Below are positions 26,103 to 34,513 of a stretch of 64,000 nucleotides of DNA, piece by piece. Origin of the DNA: Phycisphaerales bacterium (GTDB lineage Bacteria > Planctomycetota > Phycisphaerae > Phycisphaerales > UBA1924); the NCBI GenBank assembly GCA_965250055.1, contig OZ252285.1, positions 2,599,767-2,663,766 of the forward strand. Reading direction: 5' to 3'. The notes under the pieces are model-generated. The model worked only from the letters and a program-made list of their open reading frames with translations. It did no database searches and was not told the origin of the DNA. Made by a program: the position numbers and the translations under genes. Numbering within the stretch: position 1 is the stretch's first letter; every line of letters begins with the position of its first letter.

Positions 26103-29084
26103 GACCGCGCCGATTCGGATCTCGTCTTCGAAGTATCCGACCTTGTAGCTCAGGCGTGGGTCGCCGGTCGCTGGAGCGATGAAGGTGTCGAACGTTCCGG
26201 TGACTCCTGCATCAGCAGTGACGATGGTCACGACCCACGAGGTCTCGGGATCGAACCCCTCGATGAGCGAGAGGTCGAGCGTGCCGTCGGCGTGAAAGGT
26301 CGAGGAGGAGTCGATGAGGTCACTCGTTCCAAAGTCCGAGACTTCGACCTCGTAGACGCTGGAGTCTGAGAGGGTGATGGGTTGGCTCGCTTCGAGTTCT
26401 CCGACGGAGAGTCCCGGCGCGATGGTGCCGTCCATGTTGAGCGGCGCGTTGATCTGACCACGTCCAGAGAGTGTTTGGTCCGCTCCGATGGTGAGTCCGG
26501 CGCCAGTGATCTGTGATCTGTTTGTGGTCCCGGTAAGTCGGATCTCACCCATGCCGTCGATAGTTGCTGGGGCGGCTGAGGTGACTGCGGTTGCGAATCC
26601 ACTGTTCGTTGGGTTGATGTTGATCGTGTTGTGATTGGTGACGGTGCCCACGATAGCGAGGTTTACACCCGGGTTAATAGTGACTGGTGAAAGATTGGTC
26701 ATATCCTGGAACGTCGAGATTCCGGAGTTGAGTAATGTGGACCCACCGGCGAGCGCGTCCATCGTGCCGCCGTTGATCGTGGCGCTGGTGAGTGTGACCA
26801 AGCCGTCGTTGTTGAGGATCTGACCTCCTCCGGTTTGATCGATCTCGATGCTTGAGACCTGCAGTCCTTCGGCTGGGTTCACCTGGATCAGTGTGTTATT
26901 GATCTTGTTGTTTGATTGGAGCGTGAGTGTTCCGGTGGTCGATTCGATGAGTCCGTTGTTGATCAGCGAGGCGTTGATCTGACCGAATCCCTGAACGGTG
27001 TGCGATGCGCCGATTGTGACGGTTTCGCCCGCTGCGGTGTTGAGCTGTGAGCGATTTGTCGTCCCCATGAGCCGTGTTGTTCCGGTTCCTCCGAGTGTGG
27101 TTGAATCGTTGAACTGGAGAATTGTGATGAAGCCGGCGTTGGACGGGTTGATGGAGATGATGTCGTTACTCATCAAGCCGTTGGTGATCCCGATCGTGGT
27201 TCCGGGGTTGAGGTTCAGTGGCGCGTTGAGTGTGAGTTGATCAAAGTTGGTTGCGCCTGATGATTGCGTGACCACACCGCTCGCGGCATTGATTGTTCCG
27301 TTGTTTATGTTCACTGATGAAAGCGTCAGTGTGCCGTCGCCAACATTGATCTGCGCTGCAGGGTCTTGATCGAGCGTGATTGTTGAGATGGTGATGTTTG
27401 CTCCGGGTTGTATGGAGATTGTGCTGTTGTTCACCTTGTCGTTGCTCAGCAAGCTCAGTGTCTGACCGCTGGTGTCAGCGTCGATCGTTCCGTTGTTGAT
27501 CAGCGATGCATGGATCTGTCCGAATCCTCGGATGACATGACCAGACGCGAGTCCAAGGGTTTCTCCGGCTCCGGTTGTGATCTGTGATCTGTTTCCGGTT
27601 CCACGCAACAATGTTTGTCCTGATCCTGACAGGACTGTGGATGCTGGGAAACTGAGGGTGGTCACGAATCCCGCGTTGGTAGGGTTGATGGTGAGATCGT
27701 CGTTGTTGATAAGCGTGTTGGTTGCTACGAGCGCCACGCCGGGATTGATGTTGAGCGGCGAGTTGAGCACGACGCTGTCAAAGTTGTTTGTCCCTGCGGT
27801 GAGGTTTGTGGCGCCAGTTGTCGCATTGATCACCCCATCGTTGATTGTGGAAGAGCTGATGTTGAGGGTGCCGTTGTCGATATTGAACTGCCCGCCCCCG
27901 GTTTGATCAACAGTGATGCTCGAGATATTCATGATCGCGTTGTTGGTGATCTCGAAGATGTTGTTGTTGACTTTGTTGTTCGTGCTCAACAGCAAGATCT
28001 GTCCCGCTACGTCGGCACTCACCACGCCGTTGTTGATCAGTGGGGCTTGGATGGTGCCTATCCCGCGGATCGTGTGTGTAGATGCTTGTGTGAGTGTGTG
28101 AGAGGGATCAGAGGTCCGGAGATTTGATCTGGAACCAACTCCGTCGAGCGCGAGCGTCCCCGTGCCGTTGAGTGTTGATATGTTCTGGAACTCCGCGACG
28201 GTCACAAAGCCTGCATTGGTGGGGTTGATGCTCAGGTTCGCGTCGTTTGTCATCGTGTTGATGATCTGGAGCGTCACGCCGGGATTGACGATGCCGTTGC
28301 CCATTGCGTGGACATTGTTGAACGAGTTGGTGCCCCCTGTAAATGCCCAGTTTGATCCGGGCATGGACTGGATCGTCCCGTCCGCGATGCTGATCGTTGA
28401 CATGTTCAGTTGACCATCGTCAACGCTGATTTCCCCGCTCACGCCTTGTCCGATTGCGACGTTGTTCATGAACATAGTCGCGTTGTTCACGACTTCGATG
28501 CGATTGTTGTTTGTCCAGGTGCCGCTCAGGATATCGAGTGTGAGTCCGTTGAGATTAGCGCTGACAGTTCCGTCGTTGAGGAAGTCCCCGACGATGCGTC
28601 CGAAGCCGTTCACGGTGTGATCGGTTCCGTGTGATACGGTGGCTCCTGCTCCTGAGACCAATGAAGCACGAGTACCGAATCCATTGAGCGTGAGCGCCCC
28701 GGTTCCTGTGAGTGTCGCGGAGTTATTGAAAGTGACGCTGGTGGTGAACCCACCGCTGGAGTTGTTCACAAGGACAGTGCCGTTGTTGACCATGCCGCCT
28801 TGGAGTCCGATTGCTCTCCCTGCGTCCATGCTGAGTGTGCATCCAGTGTCTTGGATATCTACTGAACCAAGTCCCGGCACGGAGATGTTGAGGGTTGCGG
28901 TGTAGGTCCCTCCGATGTTGAACTCCGCGGTCTCGGTGCCCATGCTCGGGACGCTCATCGGAGACCAGTTGGTTGGAACGTTCCATAAACCACCAGCGGG
29001 ATTGACCCAGTCGATGTTCTGTCCGAGTGCGGTGCCTGCGAGTAAAAAGACGGCGAGTGTTGATTTGGTCATTGGGGTGTTCAT
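25935..29084 (-). CDS. Giant secreted Asn/Thr/Gly-rich beta-helix-type repeat protein (1049 aa) with C-terminal dockerin-like module
   Basis: SD GGAGAG and a signal peptide ending ALGQ. N-terminal W..P.GG.W....NW.P motif. Five ~180-aa units anchored on NPTNAGF (aa 112, 292, 472, 652, 830). A GTIAPGLSVGEL...TFHADGTLDL...GF block precedes the tail. The tail is CDTDFDFSGGLNFLDVSLFLGLYGDMDPIADVNNDGNFNFLDISAFLASYGQSCP*. Confidence 0.9.
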   Translation of the reverse strand: MNTPMTKSTLAVFLLAGTALGQNIDWVNPAGGLWNVPTNWSPMSVPSMGTETAEFNIGGTYTATLNISVPGLGSVDIQDTGCTLSMDAGRAIGLQGGMVNNGTVLVNNSSGGFTTSVTFNNSATLTGTGALTLNGFGTRASLVSGAGATVSHGTDHTVNGFGRIVGDFLNDGTVSANLNGLTLDILSGTWTNNNRIEVVNNATMFMNNVAIGQGVSGEISVDDGQLNMSTISIADGTIQSMPGSNWAFTGGTNSFNNVHAMGNGIVNPGVTLQIINTMTNDANLSINPTNAGFVTVAEFQNISTLNGTGTLALDGVGSRSNLRTSDPSHTLTQASTHTIRGIGTIQAPLINNGVVSADVAGQILLLSTNNKVNNNIFEITNNAIMNISSITVDQTGGGQFNIDNGTLNISSSTINDGVINATTGATNLTAGTNNFDSVVLNSPLNINPGVALVATNTLINNDDLTINPTNAGFVTTLSFPASTVLSGSGQTLLRGTGNRSQITTGAGETLGLASGHVIRGFGQIHASLINNGTIDADTSGQTLSLLSNDKVNNSTISIQPGANITISTITLDQDPAAQINVGDGTLTLSSVNINNGTINAASGVVTQSSGATNFDQLTLNAPLNLNPGTTIGITNGLMSNDIISINPSNAGFITILQFNDSTTLGGTGTTRLMGTTNRSQLNTAAGETVTIGASHTVQGFGQINASLINNGLIESTTGTLTLQSNNKINNTLIQVNPAEGLQVSSIEIDQTGGGQILNNDGLVTLTSATINGGTMDALAGGSTLLNSGISTFQDMTNLSPVTINPGVNLAIVGTVTNHNTININPTNSGFATAVTSAAPATIDGMGEIRLTGTTNRSQITGAGLTIGADQTLSGRGQINAPLNMDGTIAPGLSVGELEASQPITLSDSSVYEVEVSDFGTSDLIDSSSTFHADGTLDLSLIEGFDPETSWVVTIVTADAGVTGTFDTFIAPATGDPRLSYKVGYFEDEIRIGAVCDTDFDFSGGLNFLDVSLFLGLYGDMDPIADVNNDGNFNFLDISAFLASYGQSCP
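26415..28787 (-). repeat. In-frame array of ~540-nt (about 180-aa) repeat units, about 4.5 copies
   Basis: Recurring I-N-P-T-N-A/S-G-F ... L-x-G-T-G ... R-S-Q/N-L/I ... H-T-I/V-x-G-F/I-G-x-I ... L-I-N-N-G anchors at a constant spacing of 178-180 aa. Confidence 0.8.
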
Positions 29085-29189
29085 GATGATCTCTCCGTGA
29101 GCGTTGAACGCTTTTCATCAGAGGGTGTGCGAAGGGTCAATGTCCGAGTTTGACCAGACCCATTGTATAGGGAATTCTGCTCAGTCCAA

Positions 29190-29214
29190 GAAAAAACCCG
29201 CGATGTCGCGGGTT
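29190..29214 (-). terminator. Rho-independent terminator of the 876-aa gene
   Basis: Minus strand reads ACCCGCGA-CA-TCGCGGGT followed by TTTTTCTTG. Confidence 0.75.
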
Positions 29215-29251
29215 TGGGGGGGGTGGGGGGTTGGGTAAGATCAAATCGCGT

Positions 29252-29419
29252 TTACGGGCAGCTCTGGCCGTAGCTTGCGAGGAACGCGGAGATGTCGAGG
29301 AAGTTGAAGTTCCCGTCGTTGTTGATATCCGCGATCGGATTCATCTCGCCGTAGAGAGCTAGGAAGAGGGAGACATCGAGGAAGTTGAGTCCTCCTGAGA
29401 AGTCGAAGTCTGTATCGCA
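29252..29419 (-). other. Dockerin-like double EF-hand module ending Cys-Pro-COOH (copy 4)
   Basis: CDTDFDFSGGLNFLDVSLFLALYGEMNPIADINNDGNFNFLDISAFLASYGQSCP*. Confidence 0.85.
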
Positions 29420-31882
29420 GACCGCGCCGACGCGGATCTCGTCCTCGAAGTATCCGATCTTGTAACTCAGTCTTGGATCCGCAGCAGCGGGTGCGATGAG
29501 TGTGTCGAATGTTCCTGTGACTCCGCCGTCAGCCGTGACGATGGTGACGACCCATGATTCTGTTGGAGTGAATCCATCGATGAGCGTGAGGTCGAGCGTG
29601 CCGTCGGCGTGGAAGGTCGATCCAGAGTCGATGACATCATGGCTCGACAGTCCTCCAACCTCGATCTCAAGAACGCTTGAATCTCCCAGCGTGATCGGGC
29701 TGGTTGCATTGAGGATCCCTGCGGAGAGTCCCGGCGCGATGGTGCCGTGATTGACCATCGGGGTCGCGATGCGTCCGATCCCAGTGATGGTGTGGTCCGC
29801 GCTGTTGGTGAAGACCTCCGTGCCTGTGACGCTGGTGATCTGGGCGCGTGTGGTCAATCCGCTGAGATTGAGCTCGCCTGGTCCTTCGATGGTTAGGTCG
29901 TTCTGGATCTCCAGCGATGTGACAGCGGCTCCGTTGGTTGGGTTCAGATCAAGCACCGAGTTGTTGGTGTGTGTGCCGCTGAGTTCGAGTGTCCGTCCCG
30001 GCTCGACAACAACCGATGCATTGTTGATAACGCTGGTCAATCGGCTTGTGCCTCCCTGGACATTGAATACGCCCGTGCCGCTGGATTCGATCGAACCTCC
30101 GGTGATGATGGTATTCTGGAGTTCAACCTCGCCGTCATCTGCGGTGATCTTTGCGCCTAGAGCTTGGGTTACACTCGAATCGGTACTGAGTTCGAGGGTC
30201 GCACCGTTGGTGGACTGGATTGTATTGTTGTTCTGAATTTCGTAGTCATCGACGAGGAGCTCTTGTCCCGAGAAATCAGCGATGATCTGTCCCTCGTTGA
30301 TCATGGGCGCGTTGATGCGTCCGAAGCCGTGGATGGTGTGATTGGCGCCGTTGGTAATCACGAAGGTAGTCGGGAGCACCGAGAGGATTTGAGCTCTGGT
30401 TGAAAAACCATTGAGTGTTACTGATCCAGTACCATTCAGTGATCCTGAATCCATGAAGCGCAGGTTCGTTTGGGCAGCACCGTTGGTTGGGTTGATGAGG
30501 ATGTTGCCGTTGTTGGTGATGGAGTTGCGGATCTGCAGCGCGTCGCCGACTGAGACATTGAACTGGGCTTCATTGGTGACCCCGCGGAGCTCAGTGACGA
30601 AGACAACCTCGTGGATACCTGAGCCGCTGGTGAGGGTGCCGCCTTCGATCTCTGGTCCGTTGTAGACGATGTTGCTGGTGTTGGCCGCGAGCACGCCCCC
30701 TCCGGTCTGGTCGAGGGTGAAGTTGTTGATTTCAAGTGTGCCGCCGTCTGCGGACATGATGCCGTTGTTTGTTTTGTTTTCACCGGAGTTGAGCAGCGTG
30801 TTTCCGGGGTTGTTGGCGGTGATCGTGCCGTTGTTGACCAGGGAACCAAAGATGCGTCCGAACCCCTCGAGGGTGTGGTTGGTGTCGTTGGTGAGGGTGC
30901 CCCCTCCGGCGGTGGTGATCTGGGCGCGTGTGGTGAAGCCGTTGAGTGTGACCTTGCCCGGCCCGGTCAGCAGGACGTTGTTGTCGGCGTCGAGAGTCGT
31001 AACCGCGGCTCCGTTTGCCGGATTGACCAAGATCGTACCGTTGTTGGTGATGGTGTCCGAGAGGTTAAGGGTCCGCGACACCGCGACCTGGACATCGCCG
31101 TTGATGGTGAGGTCGTCAAGTGTCGGAGAGCCGTCGGAGACGACCACGCCGCCGTTGATTCCTTCGATGCTGCCGCCGGAGATTGATGTTTGATGCATCG
31201 ACACAGTGCCGCCGTCGGCGCGGACGACGCCGGCTGGGCTTTGGGTGATGATGAGATCGACGAAGTTGAGATCGAGGATCCCGTTGTTGGTGGCGCCGAT
31301 GACGCTGTTGTTGGTGATGTTCCCGAATCGGAAGTCGAGGGTGTTGAACGGATTGTCCGCTTGGATGGTACCGTTGTTGATGAAGTCACCGAAGATCTGT
31401 CCGTAGCCGTGGATCGTGTGACCGGCGCCGTGCGTGACTGTCGATCCTGATTCAGCGATCAAGCGTGATCGAGTCGAGAGTCCGTTGAGGAGGATGTCTC
31501 CCGTGCCGCTGATGGTTGCGGAGTCTCTCCAGAAGAGCGAGGTTTGTGCGGCTCCTGAAGTGGTGTTGACAACGTAGGTCCCGCTGTTGTCGAAGTTGCC
31601 GAAGAGTTCGTGCTGACGGCTGAGATTCAACGCGATCGTTGCGCTGGGGTTGTTGTTGGTGATGTCATCGGTGTCGAAGTTGCCGCTGATTGTGATGGTG
31701 TATGTCCCGTTGTTGGGGATGACCGCGTCGCTGGTCATCGTGGTCGGTGCGCTCACGGGCGTCCAGTTGGTGGGTACAGACCAGAACCCATCGGTCGTCA
31801 GGTTCCAGGTTGATGTTTGTGCGAGTCCGGCGCTGGTGATCAGCGTGAGCGCGGATACGGCGGCGAGTGTTTTGGTGTGCAT
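29252..31882 (-). CDS. Paralogous giant secreted beta-helix-type repeat protein (876 aa) with C-terminal dockerin-like module
   Basis: SD GGGAGAGAG and a signal peptide ending GLAQ. Same N-terminal W....G.W..PTNW.P motif. Four ~180-aa units anchored on N-P-x-N-G-A-A (aa 110, 291, 468, 651). The last ~165 aa are nearly the same as in the 1049-aa paralog. Confidence 0.9.
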   Translation of the reverse strand: MHTKTLAAVSALTLITSAGLAQTSTWNLTTDGFWSVPTNWTPVSAPTTMTSDAVIPNNGTYTITISGNFDTDDITNNNPSATIALNLSRQHELFGNFDNSGTYVVNTTSGAAQTSLFWRDSATISGTGDILLNGLSTRSRLIAESGSTVTHGAGHTIHGYGQIFGDFINNGTIQADNPFNTLDFRFGNITNNSVIGATNNGILDLNFVDLIITQSPAGVVRADGGTVSMHQTSISGGSIEGINGGVVVSDGSPTLDDLTINGDVQVAVSRTLNLSDTITNNGTILVNPANGAAVTTLDADNNVLLTGPGKVTLNGFTTRAQITTAGGGTLTNDTNHTLEGFGRIFGSLVNNGTITANNPGNTLLNSGENKTNNGIMSADGGTLEINNFTLDQTGGGVLAANTSNIVYNGPEIEGGTLTSGSGIHEVVFVTELRGVTNEAQFNVSVGDALQIRNSITNNGNILINPTNGAAQTNLRFMDSGSLNGTGSVTLNGFSTRAQILSVLPTTFVITNGANHTIHGFGRINAPMINEGQIIADFSGQELLVDDYEIQNNNTIQSTNGATLELSTDSSVTQALGAKITADDGEVELQNTIITGGSIESSGTGVFNVQGGTSRLTSVINNASVVVEPGRTLELSGTHTNNSVLDLNPTNGAAVTSLEIQNDLTIEGPGELNLSGLTTRAQITSVTGTEVFTNSADHTITGIGRIATPMVNHGTIAPGLSAGILNATSPITLGDSSVLEIEVGGLSSHDVIDSGSTFHADGTLDLTLIDGFTPTESWVVTIVTADGGVTGTFDTLIAPAAADPRLSYKIGYFEDEIRVGAVCDTDFDFSGGLNFLDVSLFLALYGEMNPIADINNDGNFNFLDISAFLASYGQSCP
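29738..31585 (-). repeat. In-frame array of ~540-nt (about 180-aa) repeat units, about 3.5 copies
   Basis: Anchors NTTSGAA / NPANGAA / NPTNGAA / NPTNGAA spaced 177-183 aa apart, each followed by L-x-G-x-G ... TRAQI ... H-T-x-x-G-x-G-R-I. Confidence 0.8.
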
Positions 31883-31987
31883 TGCTCTCTCCCTCGAATG
31901 CAGTGGTATGAACTGGGGATTTCCCCGATATGACCTATAATTCTAGGGAATATGCCTTACTACTTCAAGAAAATTATACTCAGGGTA

Positions 31988-32014
31988 CAAAAAACCAGCA
32001 CCGTGAGGTGCTGG
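31988..32014 (-). terminator. Rho-independent terminator of the choice-of-anchor-B gene
   Basis: Minus strand reads CCAGCACC-TCAC-GGTGCTGG followed by TTTTTTG. Confidence 0.8.
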
Positions 32015-32044
32015 CTGGGGTTTCTGATTGCTGTGTTATCGGTC

Positions 32045-32212
32045 TTACGGGCAGCCGTTCCCGAATGCGGAGAGGAACGCCGAGACGTCGAGGAAGTTGA
32101 AGCTCCCCTCCCCCGTGAAGTCCGCGGCGGGGTCTTGGTTCCCGAACGCCGCGAGGAACGCGGAGACATCGAGGAAGTTCAGGTTGCCGTCAGCAGTGAA
32201 GTCCGCTGGACA
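32045..32212 (-). other. Dockerin-like double EF-hand module ending Cys-Pro-COOH (copy 5)
   Basis: 55 aa from Cys to the terminal CP. Confidence 0.85.
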
Positions 32213-34327
32213 CGGATTGCTCACATCCTCGCAGGAGACCAGTTCGACCTGCACCGCATCGACCGCGGCTTCGACAACCGAACCCTCGCCGGTATCACCG
32301 GCACGGAAGCGGATGCGGACCTGGTCCGATGGGGACGTGAAGATCTGGGAGAGGTCGAAGGAGTACTCGTTCCATCCGCCTCCTGCTGCTGGATCACCCG
32401 GACCGATGGTGTCGAGGGATTGCCAGTTGCCTCCATTGTTGTTGGAGATGTCGATGAAGATGGTGTCGTCAACCTCTCCAACATTATTTGAGTACCACAG
32501 TGCGTAGGAGAGCATCGGGATGCCTTCGCCTGTCGCGTCCATTGCTGGTGAGGTGAGGGTGGTGGTGCCGCCGTCAACGTCTGAGTTTCCTGCGACGTTG
32601 TCTGTGAGGTAGCAACGACCCGATCCGTCGTAGTCGGTCACGGGATCGCCGCGTCCGCCGCCGCCGGCTGGGATGCCGCGTTCCCACGCGCCGTCTGACA
32701 CGGAACCAGAGACGGACCATCCCATGTTGGATTCGAAGTTGTCCGCGAAGAGTTCTTCGAAGTCTGACGCGACACTCGCGGTGAACACGTTTGATGGTGC
32801 GTCAGCTGGGAGTGTCTTGACTACGCCATCGCTGTCGGTGACTCTGAAGAAGTACTGCAATGTTTGGCCACACTCAATAGCCGGCGACATTGCGGTCCAT
32901 GATCCATCTGGGTTCGGAGACAGGAAGTCTGCGACAAATCCTTGTCCATCAACATCAAAGAACGCGTGGACTGTTTCGAATGACGTGCCGTCGCGTGTGA
33001 TGATGTTGACGCTGATCGGATCACCACCTGCAGGGCTGACCGTGCTCGGCATGTCATCGCGTTGTTGGAGCGCGAAGCCGTCGAGGTCTGCATCCAGACG
33101 GAGCAGGAAGAGTCCGCGCTCGATATCCGAGACCGCGATGGTTCCCGATGGGAAGAAGGGGTAGCTCGACCACGCGCCGTTAAAGCTCGCGGCGTCTGAA
33201 CCTGGGTAGCTATCGAAGTACGCGATCTCGACGGGGTTGGTCGGATCAAGTCCATCAAACACACGCAGACCAGAGCGGTAGTTCGCTTGGTAGATCACGT
33301 AATCGCGTGTGTACAGGTTGTGGTCGATCGCGGCTTTGCCCGTGGTGTATGTTCCAACGAATGTAGGATTCGCAGGATCCTCAACATTGATCACACGCGT
33401 CGTCGTGACGGAAACGGTTGATCCCTCGTCGAGCTCGTCGTTGAGGTAGAGGAACTTGCGATCGGTTGAGAGCCAAGCTTGGTGTGAGTATCCAGCGTTG
33501 GGGTAGAACAGCGTCGAGATGGTGACGGGGTTGTTTGGATCGGTGACGTCCGCGATGCGGAGTCCTGTTTCAGAGAATCCTCCTGAGAACCCTGAACACA
33601 GGAACGCGAGCTCGCGTCCGGCGTACTCGCCGTCTTGCCAGGTGACGACCTGCGCATCGTGGACATACATCTCGGTCCATCCGCCGTCAAAGGATGGGAG
33701 CTCTGGGTTGGAGAGGTCGATGTGGACGAGCCCGCCGTTGCCGACGTTGGCGCCGACGATCCAGAGGGATCCGGTTTCTTCGTTCGCGACGATGTTGTGT
33801 GTCGTGGAGTATCCACCCGCGGTCCAGTTGCGGACGAGGGTGACATTGCCCGAGTCGATATTGGACATATCCATGACCTGGATGCCCGAGCCGCCTTCGG
33901 AGACGCCGTACGCGTACTCGCCCACGACCTTGACGTCGTGCCAGTCCGATCCTGGTCCGGTGACGGTATCGATGATGACGGGGCTCGTTGGGTTGGTGAC
34001 TTCTACGAATGCGAACCCACCGTAGACACCCATGATGACGTACTCGCGTCCCGATGGTGAGACGTATCCCCAGCAGTCGTTGCCGAAGGTGGAGTTGACG
34101 CCGACGAAGTTGTTGAGCGGGATCTGCGCCAGGAGGGTCATGTTCTGTGAGTCAAAGAGTCCACGCTGGACGTTGTCGGAATCCGCGGTCCAGATCGGTC
34201 CCATGACTGCGGACTGCTTGTCGAGCAGTTTGCGGTAGTCGTCATCGTGCGCGATCGCGGTTGATGAGACGCCGCAGGCGAGCGCGAGCGTGAGGGACAA
34301 TGATCGCCGGGAGGGCAGGTGACGCAT
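32045..34327 (-). CDS. Secreted choice-of-anchor-B / LVIVD-repeat propeller protein + jelly-roll (MAM/LamG-like) domain + dockerin-like module
   Basis: Start at MRHLPSRRSLSLTLALACG (signal peptide). NDCWGYVSPSGREYVIMG...VEVTNPTSP...WHDVKVVGEYAYGVSEGGSGIQVMDMSN matches the choice-of-anchor-B/LVIVD pattern. The tail is CPADFTADGNLNFLDVSAFLAAFGNQDPAADFTGEGSFNFLDVSAFLSAFGNGCP*. Confidence 0.85.
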   Translation of the reverse strand: MRHLPSRRSLSLTLALACGVSSTAIAHDDDYRKLLDKQSAVMGPIWTADSDNVQRGLFDSQNMTLLAQIPLNNFVGVNSTFGNDCWGYVSPSGREYVIMGVYGGFAFVEVTNPTSPVIIDTVTGPGSDWHDVKVVGEYAYGVSEGGSGIQVMDMSNIDSGNVTLVRNWTAGGYSTTHNIVANEETGSLWIVGANVGNGGLVHIDLSNPELPSFDGGWTEMYVHDAQVVTWQDGEYAGRELAFLCSGFSGGFSETGLRIADVTDPNNPVTISTLFYPNAGYSHQAWLSTDRKFLYLNDELDEGSTVSVTTTRVINVEDPANPTFVGTYTTGKAAIDHNLYTRDYVIYQANYRSGLRVFDGLDPTNPVEIAYFDSYPGSDAASFNGAWSSYPFFPSGTIAVSDIERGLFLLRLDADLDGFALQQRDDMPSTVSPAGGDPISVNIITRDGTSFETVHAFFDVDGQGFVADFLSPNPDGSWTAMSPAIECGQTLQYFFRVTDSDGVVKTLPADAPSNVFTASVASDFEELFADNFESNMGWSVSGSVSDGAWERGIPAGGGGRGDPVTDYDGSGRCYLTDNVAGNSDVDGGTTTLTSPAMDATGEGIPMLSYALWYSNNVGEVDDTIFIDISNNNGGNWQSLDTIGPGDPAAGGGWNEYSFDLSQIFTSPSDQVRIRFRAGDTGEGSVVEAAVDAVQVELVSCEDVSNPCPADFTADGNLNFLDVSAFLAAFGNQDPAADFTGEGSFNFLDVSAFLSAFGNGCP

Positions 34328-34513
34328 CGGAATTCCTTTCTGAAGTGCACAGCCAAGACCTGACCGGCGCACAAAGATACTGCAAAGTCCTCGAATGAGG
34401 CGGTATCCTATTCGAACAATCGACTTTCCCGGTTGCTTTTTTTGCTCAATTCGGGGATTCATTGCGATCTTTGTCTGTTTTTATCGTACCGAAACGGGAA
34501 CGGAGTAGCGCTG

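Noticed and set aside
25830-26369. Plus-strand ORFs carrying a recurring E-E-R-G-D-V-E-E-V-E/K motif. They are this one plus 31952-32491, 32028-32507, 36670-37125, 36678-37067 and 38048-38893, and they look like a conserved small-protein family.
   Set aside because: They are the reverse-complement reading of the minus-strand N-F-L-D-V/I-S-A-F-L dockerin-like repeats. They lack SD sequences and lie entirely inside strongly supported minus-strand genes.
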